A stretch of DNA of 64,000 nt from Prochlorococcus sp. AG-388-A01 (GCA_003279945.1 QCGK01000001.1:114211-178210); one strand, 5' to 3'; positions 43,996-56,054 are shown, numbered from the stretch's first letter. Translations and numbers: made by a program. Notes: generated by a model not told the origin, from the letters alone.

Positions 43996-44997
43996 TTAAG
44001 TATCCTGCAACCATTGAGATGCATCACAAGCATGATAAGTGAGTATTAATTTTGCTCCTGCTCTTTTAAAACTAAGCAACGTTTCTAAAACAATATCTCT
44101 TTCATTAATCCAGTTCTTCATAGCAGCAGACTTTACCATGGAATACTCACCACTAACGTTGTATGCAGCTATAGGTTTATTTGAAAAAGTGCTTAGTCTA
44201 TAAACAATATCCAAATATGAAATTCCTGGTTTTACCATCAAAATATCAGCTCCTTCATATTGATCCAATGCAGATTCAATTAAAGCTTCTTTTGAATTGG
44301 CAGGGTCCATTTGATATGTAGACTTATTATCTGGAATTATTTTTTTACTATTTTCTCTTGGAGCAGAATCTAAAGCAGTTCTGAACGGACCATAATAAGC
44401 AGATGAATATTTAGCTGTATAACTAATAATACCTACATCACTAAATCCTTTACTATCAAGAGCAGTCCTAATTGCTCCAACTCTCCCATCCATCATGTCA
44501 CTAGGCCCAATAAAATCTGCTCCGGCTCTAGCTTGAGTTAAAGCTTGTTTTTTTAAAATTTCAATTGTTTCATCATTCAATATTTTTCCAGCTTCATCAA
44601 CTAATCCATCATGTCCATCGCACGAGTATGGGTCCAAGGCAACATCTGTCATTATTGCCATTTCCGGAATCTCTTTTTTTAATATTCGAATAGCTTTAGG
44701 AATTAAACCATCTTCATTAAAACACTCTGCACCATCTTCAGTTTTTAAACTGTCGTTTATTTTTGGAAAAAGAACAATACACCTTATTCCCAATTCCCAT
44801 GCCCTAGTAACCTCTTTTATTAGGCCATTGATATCCCATCTATAAGTTCCTGGCATTGCAGAAATTTCCTCTTTAAAATCCTTCTCATGAATAAATAATG
44901 GATATATAAAGTCCGAAGCCTTTAGATGGTTTTCTCTTACCATTTCTCTAATTGCTTCATTCCTTCTTAACCTTCTTGGGCGAATAATCGAATTCAT
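43996..44997 (-). CDS. hemB: Porphobilinogen synthase
   Basis: RPRRLR, SDMMDGR, YYGPFR, MVKPG, YNVSGEY. Confidence 0.98.
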   Translation of the reverse strand: MNSIIRPRRLRRNEAIREMVRENHLKASDFIYPLFIHEKDFKEEISAMPGTYRWDINGLIKEVTRAWELGIRCIVLFPKINDSLKTEDGAECFNEDGLIPKAIRILKKEIPEMAIMTDVALDPYSCDGHDGLVDEAGKILNDETIEILKKQALTQARAGADFIGPSDMMDGRVGAIRTALDSKGFSDVGIISYTAKYSSAYYGPFRTALDSAPRENSKKIIPDNKSTYQMDPANSKEALIESALDQYEGADILMVKPGISYLDIVYRLSTFSNKPIAAYNVSGEYSMVKSAAMKNWINERDIVLETLLSFKRAGAKLILTYHACDASQWLQDT

Positions 44998-45219
44998 TTG
45001 AATATTATTTAAGTTAAAAATATTTATCTAATACATTAATCGCTTGCCTCGCACATAAATCAATCAGAGACTCCTTTTGTTCAGGAAAATTAACTTAATT
45101 ACTTTAAATAAGAGAATAAAAAGTTACAAAAATATTTTGCACAAACTTCATTTTTTACAAATTTACAACATAAAGAGATAATATCTTTTAGTTAAGTATC
45201 TTTTAAGAGGAGATTATCT

Positions 45220-46872
45220 TTGAAAATAATTAATGGCTTTCATTTGAAAAATGTAAGAGGCGATATTCTTGGAGGAATTACAGCTGCAGTAGTGGCTTTA
45301 CCTCTTGCCCTTGCTTTTGGTAATGCAGCGTTAGGTCCTGGCGGAGCAATTTATGGATTATATGGGGCTGTAGTAGTTGGTTTTTTAGCAGCTTTATTTG
45401 GAGGAACTCCTGCTCAAGTTAGTGGACCAACTGGTCCAATGAGCGTGACTGTCGCGGGAGTAGTTGCAAGTTTGGCTGCTGCAGGAGTTCCAAAAGATCT
45501 TTCTGCTGGACAAATTCTTCCATTAGTAATGGCAGCTGTAGTGATTGGCGGCATACTACAAATATTATTTGGCATTTTAAAACTAGGGAAATATATTACT
45601 CTCGTACCATATTCTGTAGTTTCAGGTTTTATGTCTGGTATTGGTTTCATAATCATTGCACTTCAAATTGGACCATTACTAGGAATAACTACTCAAGGAA
45701 AGGTAATAGATTCTTTAACAACTGTTTTTTCCAATTTCCAACCCAATCCAGCAGCAATTGGTATTTCAGTCATGACATTAGGAATAGTATTTCTTACACC
45801 TAGAAAAATAAGTCAGTGGGTTCCTGCTCCTCTTTTAGCCTTATTGATTGTTACCCCAATATCAATATTTATGTTTGGAGAAGGTCAATTAGTAAGAATC
45901 GGAGATATCCCTAGAGGAGTACCATCCTTAGATATTCCTAGTTTTAATCAATATCTTCCAATTATTTTCCAGGCAGGGTTAGTTCTCGCAGTACTTGGAG
46001 CCATTGACTCTTTACTAACATCTCTAGTAGCAGACAATATCTCTCAAACAAAACATAATTCTGATAGGGAACTTATTGGCCAAGGAATAGGAAATGCTGT
46101 AGCAGGTCTTTTCACCGGATTACCTGGTGCGGGAGCAACAATGAGGACTGTGATAAACGTCAAATCTGGAGGTTCAACTCCAATTTCTGGAATGGTTCAT
46201 TCAATTGTTTTATTAATAGTATTAGTTGGAGCAGGACCATTAGCAGAGCAAATTCCTAATGCTTTACTTGCGGGAATTCTTATTAAAGTGGGTTTAGACA
46301 TCATAGATTGGGGATTTTTAAAGAGAGCTCATAAATTATCTCTAAAAACTTCTGCGGTAATGTATGGCGTACTTCTTATGACTGTTTTTTGGGATTTAAT
46401 TTGGGCAGTTCTAGTAGGTGTTTTTGTCGCAAATATGCTCACTATTGATTCAATAACCGAAACTCAGCTAGAGGGTATGGATGAGGATAATCCTTTATCC
46501 AAAGATGATCAAGCTAAAAATGCATTACCTGCTGATGAAAAAGCACTACTAGATAGATGTTCGGGAGAAGTAATGCTATTTAGACTCAAAGGACCACTTA
46601 GTTTTGGAGCAGCTAAAGGCATATCTGAAAGAATGATGCTTGTAAGAAACTACAAAGTTTTGATATTAGATATCACTGATGTACCACGACTTGGAGTGAC
46701 TGCGACTCTGGCAATAGAGGATATGATGCAAGAAGCAAAAAATAATTCCAGAAAAGCATTTGTTGCTGGTGCTAATGAAAAAGTAAAAGATAGATTAGCC
46801 ACGTTTGGAGTTGTAGATATCATTGACACAAGAAAAGAAGCTTTAGAAACTGCTCTAAATGAAATAGCCTAG
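45220..46872 (+). CDS. bicA: SulP/SLC26 transporter with STAS domain, BicA-like bicarbonate transporter
   Basis: GDILGG, SGPTGPM, GAIDSLLT, GAGATMRT; clustered with sbtA-sbtB. Confidence 0.85.
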   Translation: MKIINGFHLKNVRGDILGGITAAVVALPLALAFGNAALGPGGAIYGLYGAVVVGFLAALFGGTPAQVSGPTGPMSVTVAGVVASLAAAGVPKDLSAGQILPLVMAAVVIGGILQILFGILKLGKYITLVPYSVVSGFMSGIGFIIIALQIGPLLGITTQGKVIDSLTTVFSNFQPNPAAIGISVMTLGIVFLTPRKISQWVPAPLLALLIVTPISIFMFGEGQLVRIGDIPRGVPSLDIPSFNQYLPIIFQAGLVLAVLGAIDSLLTSLVADNISQTKHNSDRELIGQGIGNAVAGLFTGLPGAGATMRTVINVKSGGSTPISGMVHSIVLLIVLVGAGPLAEQIPNALLAGILIKVGLDIIDWGFLKRAHKLSLKTSAVMYGVLLMTVFWDLIWAVLVGVFVANMLTIDSITETQLEGMDEDNPLSKDDQAKNALPADEKALLDRCSGEVMLFRLKGPLSFGAAKGISERMMLVRNYKVLILDITDVPRLGVTATLAIEDMMQEAKNNSRKAFVAGANEKVKDRLATFGVVDIIDTRKEALETALNEIA

Positions 46873-46878
46873 TAATTT

Positions 46879-47877
46879 ATGGAAATAAATCCAATTCTTC
46901 AAAATGTATTAGCCCCGCCAGTTCTTTTCTTTTTGATTGGAGCAATATCAGTACTCTTTAAATCTGATTTAGAGATACCAGCTCCATTACCTAAACTCTT
47001 CTCATTATATCTGCTCCTAGCTATTGGGTTTAAAGGAGGTATAGAGATACAGAAAAGTGGTTTTACAGATCAAGTATTGCCGACTTTAAGTGCTGCAATA
47101 CTGATGTCACTAGTAATCCCGCTGATTGGATTTTTAATTTTAAGATTTAAGTTTGATGTCTTTAATTCAGCTGCAATAGCAGCAGCATACGGTTCAATTA
47201 GTGCTGTTACATTTATTTCCGCAGAAAGCTTTTTGGAAAGTCAAAAAATAGCTTTTGATGGGTTTATGGTTGGCGCCTTAGCTTTAATGGAATCTCCTGC
47301 AATAATTGTTGGATTATTACTTGTGAAATTTGCAGCTCCCCAAAATAGACCAAAATCAAGAAAAATGCATCTAAGCGCAATATTACACGAATCACTTTTG
47401 AATGGATCAGTTTATTTATTGCTCTCAAGCTTAATTGTAGGATTTCTCACTGCCTCTAGTAATCCCTCAGGGATTGCAAAAATGGAGCCTTTTACTGGAC
47501 AATTATTCTATGGAGCAGAATGCTTCTTCTTGTTAGATATGGGAATAGTCGCTGCTCAAAGATTGCCGAGACTGAAGAATGCGGGTTCATTCTTGATTGG
47601 CTTTGCCATTTTTATGCCTTTATTTAACGCATTTATTGGTGTTTTCGTTGCAAGATTTTTATCTTTAGGACCTGGCAACGCACTTTTATTTGTGGTTTTA
47701 TGTGCAAGCGCCTCTTATTTAGCGGTTCCTGCAGCGATGAGGATGACAGTTCCAGAAGCTAAATCTAGTTATTATATTTCAACTACACTAGGTCTAACTT
47801 TCCCATTCAATATAGTTCTCGGCATTCCAATATATATGAGTTTAGTAAATACCATTATCCCTTTTTCCCCTCTATAA
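46879..47877 (+). CDS. sbtA: SbtA-family sodium-dependent bicarbonate transporter
   Basis: SDLEIP, AIGFKGG, YGSISAVTF, MESPAI, ASASY, TFPFN. Confidence 0.9.
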   Translation: MEINPILQNVLAPPVLFFLIGAISVLFKSDLEIPAPLPKLFSLYLLLAIGFKGGIEIQKSGFTDQVLPTLSAAILMSLVIPLIGFLILRFKFDVFNSAAIAAAYGSISAVTFISAESFLESQKIAFDGFMVGALALMESPAIIVGLLLVKFAAPQNRPKSRKMHLSAILHESLLNGSVYLLLSSLIVGFLTASSNPSGIAKMEPFTGQLFYGAECFFLLDMGIVAAQRLPRLKNAGSFLIGFAIFMPLFNAFIGVFVARFLSLGPGNALLFVVLCASASYLAVPAAMRMTVPEAKSSYYISTTLGLTFPFNIVLGIPIYMSLVNTIIPFSPL

Positions 47878-47879
47878 AA

Positions 47880-48161
47880 ATGAAAAGATTAGACTTGATA
47901 TTTAGTGAAAGAGAACTAGATGCAATCATTAAAACATTAGAAAAAGCTAATGTTCCTGGATATACAGTTATGAAACACGCCACCGGCAGAGGGCCTGAAA
48001 GAGTTGTTACTGAAGATATGGAATTTACAGGATTAGGAGCAAATGCTCATGTAATTGTTTTTTGTGAGCAAGAATTAATAGATAAAATGAGAGATAACAT
48101 CAGGGACGATTTAAGCTACTACGGAGGAGTCGCTTATATTTCTGAAGCAACACCCCTTTAA
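47880..48161 (+). CDS. sbtB: PII-like regulator SbtB
   Basis: GYTV..ATGRG PII-like motif directly after sbtA. Confidence 0.85.
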   Translation: MKRLDLIFSERELDAIIKTLEKANVPGYTVMKHATGRGPERVVTEDMEFTGLGANAHVIVFCEQELIDKMRDNIRDDLSYYGGVAYISEATPL

Positions 48162-48186
48162 ATTAAAAAAGAAGAAATATTTATTT

Positions 48187-49143
48187 TTAAGAATGAATCC
48201 AATCTACTCTTATATTTTTTCTACTATTTAAATATCTATCAATAGACATTGCGGCAATACATCCATCAGAAGCTGCAACAACGGCTTGCTTAAATGGTGT
48301 ATTTCTTATATCTCCAATAGCCCATACTCCATCCGAGTTTGTAGACATAAAGTCATCCACAATAACTCCTCCGTCTTCTTTTAAAGCAATTTGATCCCCT
48401 AAAAAATCAGTAATCGGCTTTGAACCACTCATATAAACAAAGACTCCATCTAAATTTAAATTGATAGGATTTTCTTGTAGCTTATTTTTTACAACAACCC
48501 CATTCACACCCATATCATCACCCAATATTTCCAATAATCTTGTTCTACTCCAATGTTTTATATTTGAACTATCCATCAATACCATAGCTTCTTCATTATC
48601 TGATTTAGGATCACTTGATGTAATCCAATGCACAGTTGATGCAAATTTAGTTAGAACAGTTGCTTCTTCAATTGCCTCCTTGTTAACTCCAACAACGGCA
48701 ACTTCTCTATTTTTATAAAAAGCCCCATCACATGTAGCACAATAACTTACCCCTTTGCCAAGAAAATCCGCTTCGCCCTTAAATGATGCAGGCCTGCCCA
48801 TAGCTCCACTTGCAAGTACAAGTGCTTTAGCTTTGAAAGTGCCTTCAGGTGTATAAACCATTTTCCATTCTCCACTAGCGTCTATTCCAAACACTTGTGC
48901 TCTTCTATAGTCTGTACCATATTGCACAGCCTGTTCTCTCATTAGAGTAAGTAATTTATCCCCACTTATATCAACAGGAACACCTGGATAATTAGCTATT
49001 TGATGAGTTATTGCTAAGGCGCCAACAGATGGATTTTTATCTAAAATTACTGTCTTTAAATTTGAACGAGATGTATAAAGTGCGCAAGTACATCCGGCCG
49101 GGCCTCCCCCGATAATAACTACATCTGACTCAATGATTTCCAA
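48187..49143 (-). CDS. trxB: Flavin thioredoxin reductase (TrxB fold, probably NADPH-independent)
   Basis: GGGPAG, YCATCDG, AIGD; NADPH motifs altered. Confidence 0.88.
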   Translation of the reverse strand: MEIIESDVVIIGGGPAGCTCALYTSRSNLKTVILDKNPSVGALAITHQIANYPGVPVDISGDKLLTLMREQAVQYGTDYRRAQVFGIDASGEWKMVYTPEGTFKAKALVLASGAMGRPASFKGEADFLGKGVSYCATCDGAFYKNREVAVVGVNKEAIEEATVLTKFASTVHWITSSDPKSDNEEAMVLMDSSNIKHWSRTRLLEILGDDMGVNGVVVKNKLQENPINLNLDGVFVYMSGSKPITDFLGDQIALKEDGGVIVDDFMSTNSDGVWAIGDIRNTPFKQAVVAASDGCIAAMSIDRYLNSRKNIRVDWIHS

Positions 49144-49397
49144 TTTAATAAAACTCCTTTTAATAGTTAATTAGATGAGTTCTTGGCTAGGAGATATCTT
49201 TAATTTAAATACCTAACCTTTATATAGATATAAGTTAAAAGAAAAAAGAGAAAAAAAGCATAATATAGAAACAAACTTACATAGGAAAAACATAAAAAAA
49301 TAAATTATCAAAATGATCAGCTACGTGAAATGTTCTCCATTGATCTATTATTAGGTCATATCGAAAAATCAATCGCCGTAGAAACATTATATTTTTC

Positions 49398-49715
49398 ATG
49401 ACCAACTCTGATTACCTTTTAAAAGCTGCCATTAAGAAAGTAACCGAAAAATTAAACGAGATATTAGTTGAAAAAATTGAAGAAGCAACAAATATTGCTC
49501 AGGATGCTCCAGAAATTTTCAAAAAAGAATTTGATAGTTTGAAAGAATCCATAATCGAAGAAGCCTCTAGAATGGAGAAAGTCGATAATATTCAAGAAAA
49601 TGAGTCCACAAATACTTATCAAGATTCCAAAATAAAAAAAGCTTTAAATGAAATTGAAGGTATCAATAAGCAAATTGATCTCTTTAATAAAACCATAAAT
49701 AATCAAGTTAAATGA
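49398..49715 (+). CDS. Conserved coiled-coil hypothetical protein
   Basis: 105 aa; stop overlaps the kinase start. Confidence 0.7.
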   Translation: MTNSDYLLKAAIKKVTEKLNEILVEKIEEATNIAQDAPEIFKKEFDSLKESIIEEASRMEKVDNIQENESTNTYQDSKIKKALNEIEGINKQIDLFNKTINNQVK

Positions 49716-51379
49716 TTTATCACATTCTTCATTATCGTTTTAAAAAAGTGAAGAGGGCCTCTCTTATTTGGATAACTCTGATTTTGCTTTTAATAAATTT
49801 GTGGATAGATAATATTAGATTTACAGTTCTTCAAACTAAGAGCAATGAAAAAAGTAGGGTCCAAATTAAAAGAGCTAGGTGGTTTACTAATCAATTAATA
49901 AAGCTTGGTTCAGCATTTATTAAAATTGGACAATTATTATCAGCGAGACCTGATTTGATTCCTAATACCTGGATACAGGAATTGTCTAAATTGCAGGATC
50001 AAGTTCCTAATTTTTCATTTGAGAAAGTTGAAGAAACTTTAAGAAATGAACTAGGGTCTAAGTTTAAGGAAATAGATCAAATAATATGTGATCCTGTTGG
50101 ATCAGCATCACTAGCTCAGGTTCATAGGGCGACTTTAAAAGATGGTAAGAAAGTAGTATTTAAAGTTCAAAGACCCAATTTAAAAGAATTGTTTATTATC
50201 GATTTGGGCATAATGCAGCAAATAGCAGGATTGTTGCAGAAAAATAAGAATTGGAGTCGAGGTAGAAACTGGGTTGAGATTGCTAAGGAGTGTAGGAAAG
50301 TTCTGATGAAGGAGCTTGATTTTAATTGTGAAGCACAATATGCAGCAAGATTTAGACAGCAATTTCTTGATGATGAAAAAGTTGAAGTTCCGGAAGTAAT
50401 TTGGGATATGAGCAGTGAAAAAGTGCTTTGTTTAAGTTATCTAGAAGGAACAAAAATAAGCGATTTAGAAAAATTACAATCCCAAGCAATAGATTTACCT
50501 AAAATTGCAGAAATAGGTGCCATCAGCTATTTAAAACAATTAGTAAATTACGGTTTTTTTCATGCAGACCCTCATCCAGGGAATCTAGCAGTTTCAAATG
50601 AAGGTAAATTGATTTTTTATGATTTTGGAATGATGGGCAATATTTCAAATAATCTTCAAACAAGCTTAGGAGGGATGGTTAAGGCTGCTGCCTTAAGAGA
50701 CGCCTCATCACTTGTTAGTCAATTACAACAAGCTGGGCTAATATCAAAAGATATTGATGTAGGACCAGTCAGAAGATTAGTCAGATTAATGCTTAAAGAA
50801 GCCTTAACTCCACCATTTAGTCCAAATATTATTGAAAAATTATCTGGAGATTTATACGAACTTGTTTATGAAACACCATTTCAACTACCAGTAGATTTAA
50901 TCTTTGTGATGAGAGCCTTATCAACTTTTGAAGGAGTTGGTAGAATGCTTGACCCAGGGTTTAACCTTGTATCAGTTACCAAGCCTTATTTAATAGAACT
51001 TATGACTTCAAATAATCAAAATCCCAACGATTTAATTAACCAATTTGGAAGGCAAGTAGGTGAACTAGGATCTAAAGCTGTTGGAATTCCCAAAAGAATA
51101 GATGAAAGTTTAGAAAGATTAGAGCAGGGCGATTTACAATTGCAAATAAGAATGGGAGAGTCTGATAGGCAATTCAAAAAAATGTTTACTGCTCAAAAAA
51201 CTTTAGGCCATTCAATTCTTATAGGAAGCTTATCAATTGCATCTGCTTTACTTGTAACCAATAAACAAAATAATTTTGCGCTATTGCCACTTTTTTTTGC
51301 ACTACCAATAAGTATTGATTGGATAAAATGCCAATTAAGTATGAGAAAAGGCTCACGTTTAGAAAAACTCAAGCGCTAA
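49712..51379 (+). CDS. ABC1/AarF/UbiB atypical kinase
   Basis: FIKIGQ, SASLAQVH, KVQRP, FHADPHPGN, DFGM. Confidence 0.95.
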   Translation: MIYHILHYRFKKVKRASLIWITLILLLINLWIDNIRFTVLQTKSNEKSRVQIKRARWFTNQLIKLGSAFIKIGQLLSARPDLIPNTWIQELSKLQDQVPNFSFEKVEETLRNELGSKFKEIDQIICDPVGSASLAQVHRATLKDGKKVVFKVQRPNLKELFIIDLGIMQQIAGLLQKNKNWSRGRNWVEIAKECRKVLMKELDFNCEAQYAARFRQQFLDDEKVEVPEVIWDMSSEKVLCLSYLEGTKISDLEKLQSQAIDLPKIAEIGAISYLKQLVNYGFFHADPHPGNLAVSNEGKLIFYDFGMMGNISNNLQTSLGGMVKAAALRDASSLVSQLQQAGLISKDIDVGPVRRLVRLMLKEALTPPFSPNIIEKLSGDLYELVYETPFQLPVDLIFVMRALSTFEGVGRMLDPGFNLVSVTKPYLIELMTSNNQNPNDLINQFGRQVGELGSKAVGIPKRIDESLERLEQGDLQLQIRMGESDRQFKKMFTAQKTLGHSILIGSLSIASALLVTNKQNNFALLPLFFALPISIDWIKCQLSMRKGSRLEKLKR

Positions 51380-51384
51380 AAAAA

Positions 51385-52680
<1,296 letters not shown>

Positions 52681-52944
52681 TTAATTATTACTATTTAAAT
52701 CCTATTAATAGCAGAACTATTTGGCTAATATCTGAAATATAAATATTAACCAAATATAATTTTTTGATTCCAGAACAACTTAGATATAAATTTTAGGATT
52801 TTATTAATTCCAAAATCTGCACAATCCCTTTCATAACAATATTTTTAAATTTCATCTTACAATTTGAAAATTATTGGATGATTATTAATGCATAACCTAA
52901 TTAGAATATCAATATGTAATCAACTATAGTTTTTTTTATAGTTT

Positions 52945-55698
52945 ATGAGAGAAACACTTACATCCAGTCCTGAACTTTTTAGCGATATCAGTTGGAATCT
53001 TCTTTTATTAGGGGAAGAAACTGCAAAAAAATGGGATCATAGCGAATTTAATATTGAACACATAATTCATACACTGTTTTCATCAAGTGAATTCTTTGCA
53101 TTTATTGAAAAATTATCAATCGACCAAGATACAGTTTTAGACATAACAGAAGATTTTTTAGAAGAGACACCAATAAATGAGTCAGATATTTTTACTATCG
53201 GGGAAGATTTAGAAATTTTATTAGATAATGCGAATCAGATTAAAATTCAGTGGGGATCAAGATTAATAGAAATCCCTCATTTACTAATTGCTCTTGGAAG
53301 GGATTTAAGAATTGGAAATTATGTTTTTGAAGAAGGCAATCTTTCAATGGAGAAATTAGAGGAAGAATTAAAGTTTTTCCCAAATATTAATCAATCAAAA
53401 GATTCTTTATATGAGAACGTAATTGAGATAAATAATCAATCTAATTTTGAATCAAACAAAGAGACTTTAGTTAAAAAAGAAAAATTTGAAAAAGCTATTG
53501 TTCCATTACCCAAAAGTGAACTTCAAATTGAAACCAAAAAACAAGTTGGAAAAGATGAAAATGCTCTTTCAATTTATGGAAAAGATTTAACAGAATCAGC
53601 TAAAAAAGGCTTACTTGATCCCGTTATAGGAAGAGAAAATGAGATCAATAATTTAATGAGAGTACTCTGCAGAAGAAATAAAAATAATCCCATACTTATC
53701 GGTAATCCTGGAGTTGGTAAAACCTCAGTTGCAAAATTACTTGCACAACTAATTGTAGACAAAAAAGTTCCTGATTCTTTAAAAGACTTTAAAATTATTT
53801 CACTCGACTTAGTTGCTTTAGTTTCTGGGACCAAATATAGAGGCCAACTAGAGGAACGACTAAGCTTAATACTAAAGGATCTAAACAATCCAAGCCAAGG
53901 AATGATTTTATTTATTGATGAAATTCACTCAATATTAAGTTCTGACAGATCTACTACCGATATTAGTAATATCTTAAAACCTTTACTAGCTGAAGGAGAA
54001 CTTAGATGTATTGGTACAACTACTCCTGAGAAATTTCGTGAAACTATTGAAAAAGATCAGGCATTGAATAATTGCTTTCAAAAGATAGCTGTTAATGAAC
54101 CTTCAGTAGAATTAAGCGCAAAAATACTCCAAGGTATTAAAAAGAAATATGAATCACATCACGGCATAAGAATTTCTGAAGAGGCTGTAAATTATTCTGC
54201 AAAATTGGCCGACAGATACATCAGCGATAAATGTCTTCCTGATAAAGCAATAGATTTAATTGATGAAGCAGCTGCACAATTAAAAATCGATTCCAATAAT
54301 AAGCCTCAAATAATTTTCCAACAAGAAAAAAAACTTCATACTATTAATGAAAAACTGAATAATTTGCAAGGAGAAAATAACGAATCTAAAGAAAAACTAT
54401 TGAATATGAAGCAACAATCAGAGGCAAAATTGAACGTTCTTTTCGACAATTGGAATAATTTGCGCGAAGAAATGGAGCAATTATCTATTTTGATGAGAGA
54501 AGAAGATAAGCTAACCAAACAAATTAAAAATAAATCTAGTTTGAAGATTACAAATGATCTAGATTTTTTAGAAAAGCTTGGAGAAGAATTAGGTGAAATA
54601 GAGGATGAAATACAAAAAGTTGAAGGGAACCTCAATAAAATAAAGAAAAATAAAAATTTTCCTTTTAAATATCAAGTTGAGCCTGATGATATTGCTGATG
54701 TTATCTCAAAAATCACAGGCATTCCAATTGCTAAAGTAGTTTCAAACGAACGTAAGAAATTAGTCAATCTAGAAACAGAACTAAGTGAAAAAGTTATTGG
54801 ACAAGAAAAAGCTATAGAAGCTGTTTCTGCTGCAATTAGAAGAGCTCGCGTTGGCATGAAAAGTCCTAAAAGACCTATTGGATCTTTTTTATTTATGGGT
54901 CCAACAGGTGTTGGCAAAACAGAATTAGCAAAATCTCTTGCAACAGCTTTATTTGATGAAGAAGATGCACTTTTAAGATTAGACATGAGTGAATATATGG
55001 AGAAAAATGCCGTAGCAAGACTTTTGGGAGCCCCTCCAGGTTATGTTGGTTATGAAGAGGGAGGGCAATTAACAGAAGCCGTGAGACGTAAACCCTATTC
55101 AGTAATACTTCTTGATGAGATTGAAAAAGCACATACAGAAGTTTTTAATATCCTTTTACAAGTCTTAGATGAAGGAAGATTAACAGACTCTCAAGGAAGG
55201 ACCGTTAACTTCAAAAATACGGTAATCATTATGACAAGTAACCTAGCTGGTAAATCTATACTGGAGTATTCACAAAAGATTTCTAGAAGTGAGGTAAATT
55301 CAGAAAAAGATCAACAAACTCTAGATGATTCTATTAGTAATACATTGTCTTCAATTTTTAGGCCGGAATTTTTAAATAGAATTGACGAAGTAGTAAAGTT
55401 TGACCCATTATCTATTGATGAACTTCAAAAAATAATTCTTTTACAAACAGAAGATTTAAAAAAACTGTTACTTGAACAGAAAATAAATATCGCTATAGAT
55501 AAAAAAGTTATCAATAAAATTGCAAATGATGCTTACGAGCCTGAATATGGTGCTAGGCCACTTAGCAGGGAACTTAGAAGACAAATAGAAAATCCCTTAG
55601 CTGCAAAACTTTTAGAGGATAACTTTAAAAACAAAAAGAATATCGCAATTAAACTTAACCCAACTAAAAAAGATGAGATTGTTTTCAAACCTAGCTGA
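52945..55698 (+). CDS. ClpB-like Hsp100 paralog with divergent NBD1
   Basis: Two Walker A (GNPGVGKT, GPTGVGKT), coiled-coil middle domain, GAPPGYVG, RPEFLNR, GARP. Confidence 0.9.
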   Translation: MRETLTSSPELFSDISWNLLLLGEETAKKWDHSEFNIEHIIHTLFSSSEFFAFIEKLSIDQDTVLDITEDFLEETPINESDIFTIGEDLEILLDNANQIKIQWGSRLIEIPHLLIALGRDLRIGNYVFEEGNLSMEKLEEELKFFPNINQSKDSLYENVIEINNQSNFESNKETLVKKEKFEKAIVPLPKSELQIETKKQVGKDENALSIYGKDLTESAKKGLLDPVIGRENEINNLMRVLCRRNKNNPILIGNPGVGKTSVAKLLAQLIVDKKVPDSLKDFKIISLDLVALVSGTKYRGQLEERLSLILKDLNNPSQGMILFIDEIHSILSSDRSTTDISNILKPLLAEGELRCIGTTTPEKFRETIEKDQALNNCFQKIAVNEPSVELSAKILQGIKKKYESHHGIRISEEAVNYSAKLADRYISDKCLPDKAIDLIDEAAAQLKIDSNNKPQIIFQQEKKLHTINEKLNNLQGENNESKEKLLNMKQQSEAKLNVLFDNWNNLREEMEQLSILMREEDKLTKQIKNKSSLKITNDLDFLEKLGEELGEIEDEIQKVEGNLNKIKKNKNFPFKYQVEPDDIADVISKITGIPIAKVVSNERKKLVNLETELSEKVIGQEKAIEAVSAAIRRARVGMKSPKRPIGSFLFMGPTGVGKTELAKSLATALFDEEDALLRLDMSEYMEKNAVARLLGAPPGYVGYEEGGQLTEAVRRKPYSVILLDEIEKAHTEVFNILLQVLDEGRLTDSQGRTVNFKNTVIIMTSNLAGKSILEYSQKISRSEVNSEKDQQTLDDSISNTLSSIFRPEFLNRIDEVVKFDPLSIDELQKIILLQTEDLKKLLLEQKINIAIDKKVINKIANDAYEPEYGARPLSRELRRQIENPLAAKLLEDNFKNKKNIAIKLNPTKKDEIVFKPS

Positions 55699-55759
55699 GG
55701 AGGAAATCAATAAGCTAAAATAAAAATCAAAGCGTAAAGCTTATTTTAAAAAAAATTTT

Positions 55760-56002
55760 GTGACAAGTCCTACTACTAATAAAGAACCTCTAAAAAAGGA
55801 TTCCACTGAAATTGAAGAGTCTAAAAAAAAGGATAATTTTTTTAGATCTACCTACGATGAGCTCAAACTTGTTGTGTGGCCAAACAAACAACAACTTTTT
55901 AGCGAATCTGTAGCGGTTATAATTATGGTATCTTTTTCTGCGGCAGCCATAGCATCTGTCAGCAGATTCTATGGATGGGCAGCCTCGCAAATTTTTGGTT
56001 GA
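55760..56002 (+). CDS. secE: Preprotein translocase SecE
   Basis: ELKLVVWP then one TM; precedes nusG. Confidence 0.95.
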   Translation: MTSPTTNKEPLKKDSTEIEESKKKDNFFRSTYDELKLVVWPNKQQLFSESVAVIIMVSFSAAAIASVSRFYGWAASQIFG

Positions 56003-56054
56003 ATTATCCCTGAATATCCATTTATAAAGACCTTAGTTAAGTTTCTAGAAAAAA

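Noticed and set aside
45150-45172. TTTACAA direct repeat upstream of bicA as an HLR1/RpaB site
   Set aside because: 8-bp period does not fit HLR1 spacing; AT-rich chance match likely
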